Positions 62,981 through 64,000 of a DNA stretch of 64,000 bases are shown piece by piece. This DNA is from Laetmonice hystrix (Eukaryota). The translations under genes were made by a program, and so were the position numbers. Location: the NCBI GenBank assembly GCA_965235115.1, contig OZ249442.1, positions 18,600,001-18,664,000 on the forward strand, given 5' to 3'. Under the pieces are notes generated by a model, which saw nothing but the letters and a program-made list of their open reading frames with translations, did no database searches and had not been told where the DNA came from. Numbering within the stretch: position 1 is the first letter of the stretch; each line of letters starts with the position of its first letter.

Positions 62981-64000
62981 GGTGGCACTTTGTTTTAAGT
63001 TTCTTGTAACCTCTGCTATTTCTGGCCTTAAGCTTGGTGTGGTCCTTCAGCATCATTTGATAGGGGAGACGCTACATGCATGGATGCACAGGAAGATCGC
63101 ATGCAGCACTGCTCAGTCCATGTCAACTGAACTGACGCTTCATCATCGGACATGCTGGCCAGTTGTTCAAGGCTTACAGCCCTGCCTCTCGCAAGCTTCC
63201 CCAATTTTACCTATGATCTCAGCGGAATGACCTCCTAGTCTCTCATCATTGTTTAATCGCATCTCAGGGTCCACCAGTGGATCTGTTGCAGCTTCTGATC
63301 CGGCCGTCAAAGAAGCTGAAGCTGATGTGATCTTGGCAGCCTGATGGAGAAGAAGAAGTAAACTTGGCTTTGTATTATGCCTTGACATCAGTATCTTTGA
63401 CATCTGCCGTTGACCCTCCAAGACAACAATGTTCATGTTATCGTCCTTTTGTCCTCGATGAGTCTTGGAATTACGTAAGGGGGGTGTGACCTCCTGTCAG
63501 TTCATGATCACATTCTGCCTTTCGGGGGGTAAACTAATTCATTGTTACTATGTCAACTCCAAATCTTCTTTTCGGGCCGGGATGAAGTAGATTCTGTAAA
63601 AGCTTTAAGGGGCATAGTTCCAAGGAATTACATGATGGACGTAGGGGGGACATTGAATAGCCGAAGACCTAACTATAAACTGATTAGATGTGCATTTTTT
63701 TGTATTCTTATTATCTGCAAGACTTAAATATAGATGTAAAAATTGATAGTGACGGTCCTGGTGTAAATCAGATAATGGTAGGTCATTGCCATTCTGTCGG
63801 AGCTATACATCATTATAAATTTATACAACTGAAATATGACAGAGTCGTCGACTTTCAATCCATACAAAAGTAATGTTCATTCAATGAGCCAATGTCCAGA
63901 GGAAGTTAGAAGTAGATTAATGAGCAAGTTGAACTTTTAAAAAGTCTGAAGTAATAAACTGTAGAGGGAGAGAGAGAGTGAGAGGCGTGATTTTCAGGTG

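Noticed and set aside
1-64000. CRISPR arrays, operons, rRNA/tRNA, prokaryotic defence systems
   Set aside because: The sequence is spliced, gene-poor eukaryotic DNA; no regularly spaced repeats or structured-RNA signatures were seen.

Overview
Animal genomic DNA, AT-rich (roughly 40% GC by eye). Long poly-C/G tracts, TAGGCCTA clusters, the MITE types and the CR1/Tc1 fossils suggest an invertebrate deuterostome such as an echinoderm; this is inference, not a database result. The only well-supported gene is the 3' end of an uncharacterised coiled-coil protein on the + strand: three phase-0 GT-AG exons at 988-1050, 5519-5608 and 6204-6893 that splice into one open frame. I found no convincing coding exon in the remaining ~57 kb, and almost all ORF-track entries there look like chance ORFs. 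That region holds heavily decayed transposon fossils (a collinear CR1/L2-type LINE at ~19.4-23.0 kb, a Tc1/mariner transposase at ~26.3-27.1 kb, smaller LINE fragments, three hAT-type MITEs). It also holds sharp regulatory-looking signals: a CpG-rich block with paired TCF sites, a TAGGCCTA-flanked putative promoter and first exon near 11.9 kb, co-oriented CTCF motifs, a perfect DR1, an inverted DR4 pair, and adjacent POU and homeodomain palindromes. I saw no tRNA, rRNA, CRISPR array, intact transposon or recognisable miRNA. I cannot support a clearly new biological system. The best leads are the regulatory architecture and the orphan coiled-coil gene. All protein similarities were recognised by eye from motifs and need HMM/BLAST confirmation.
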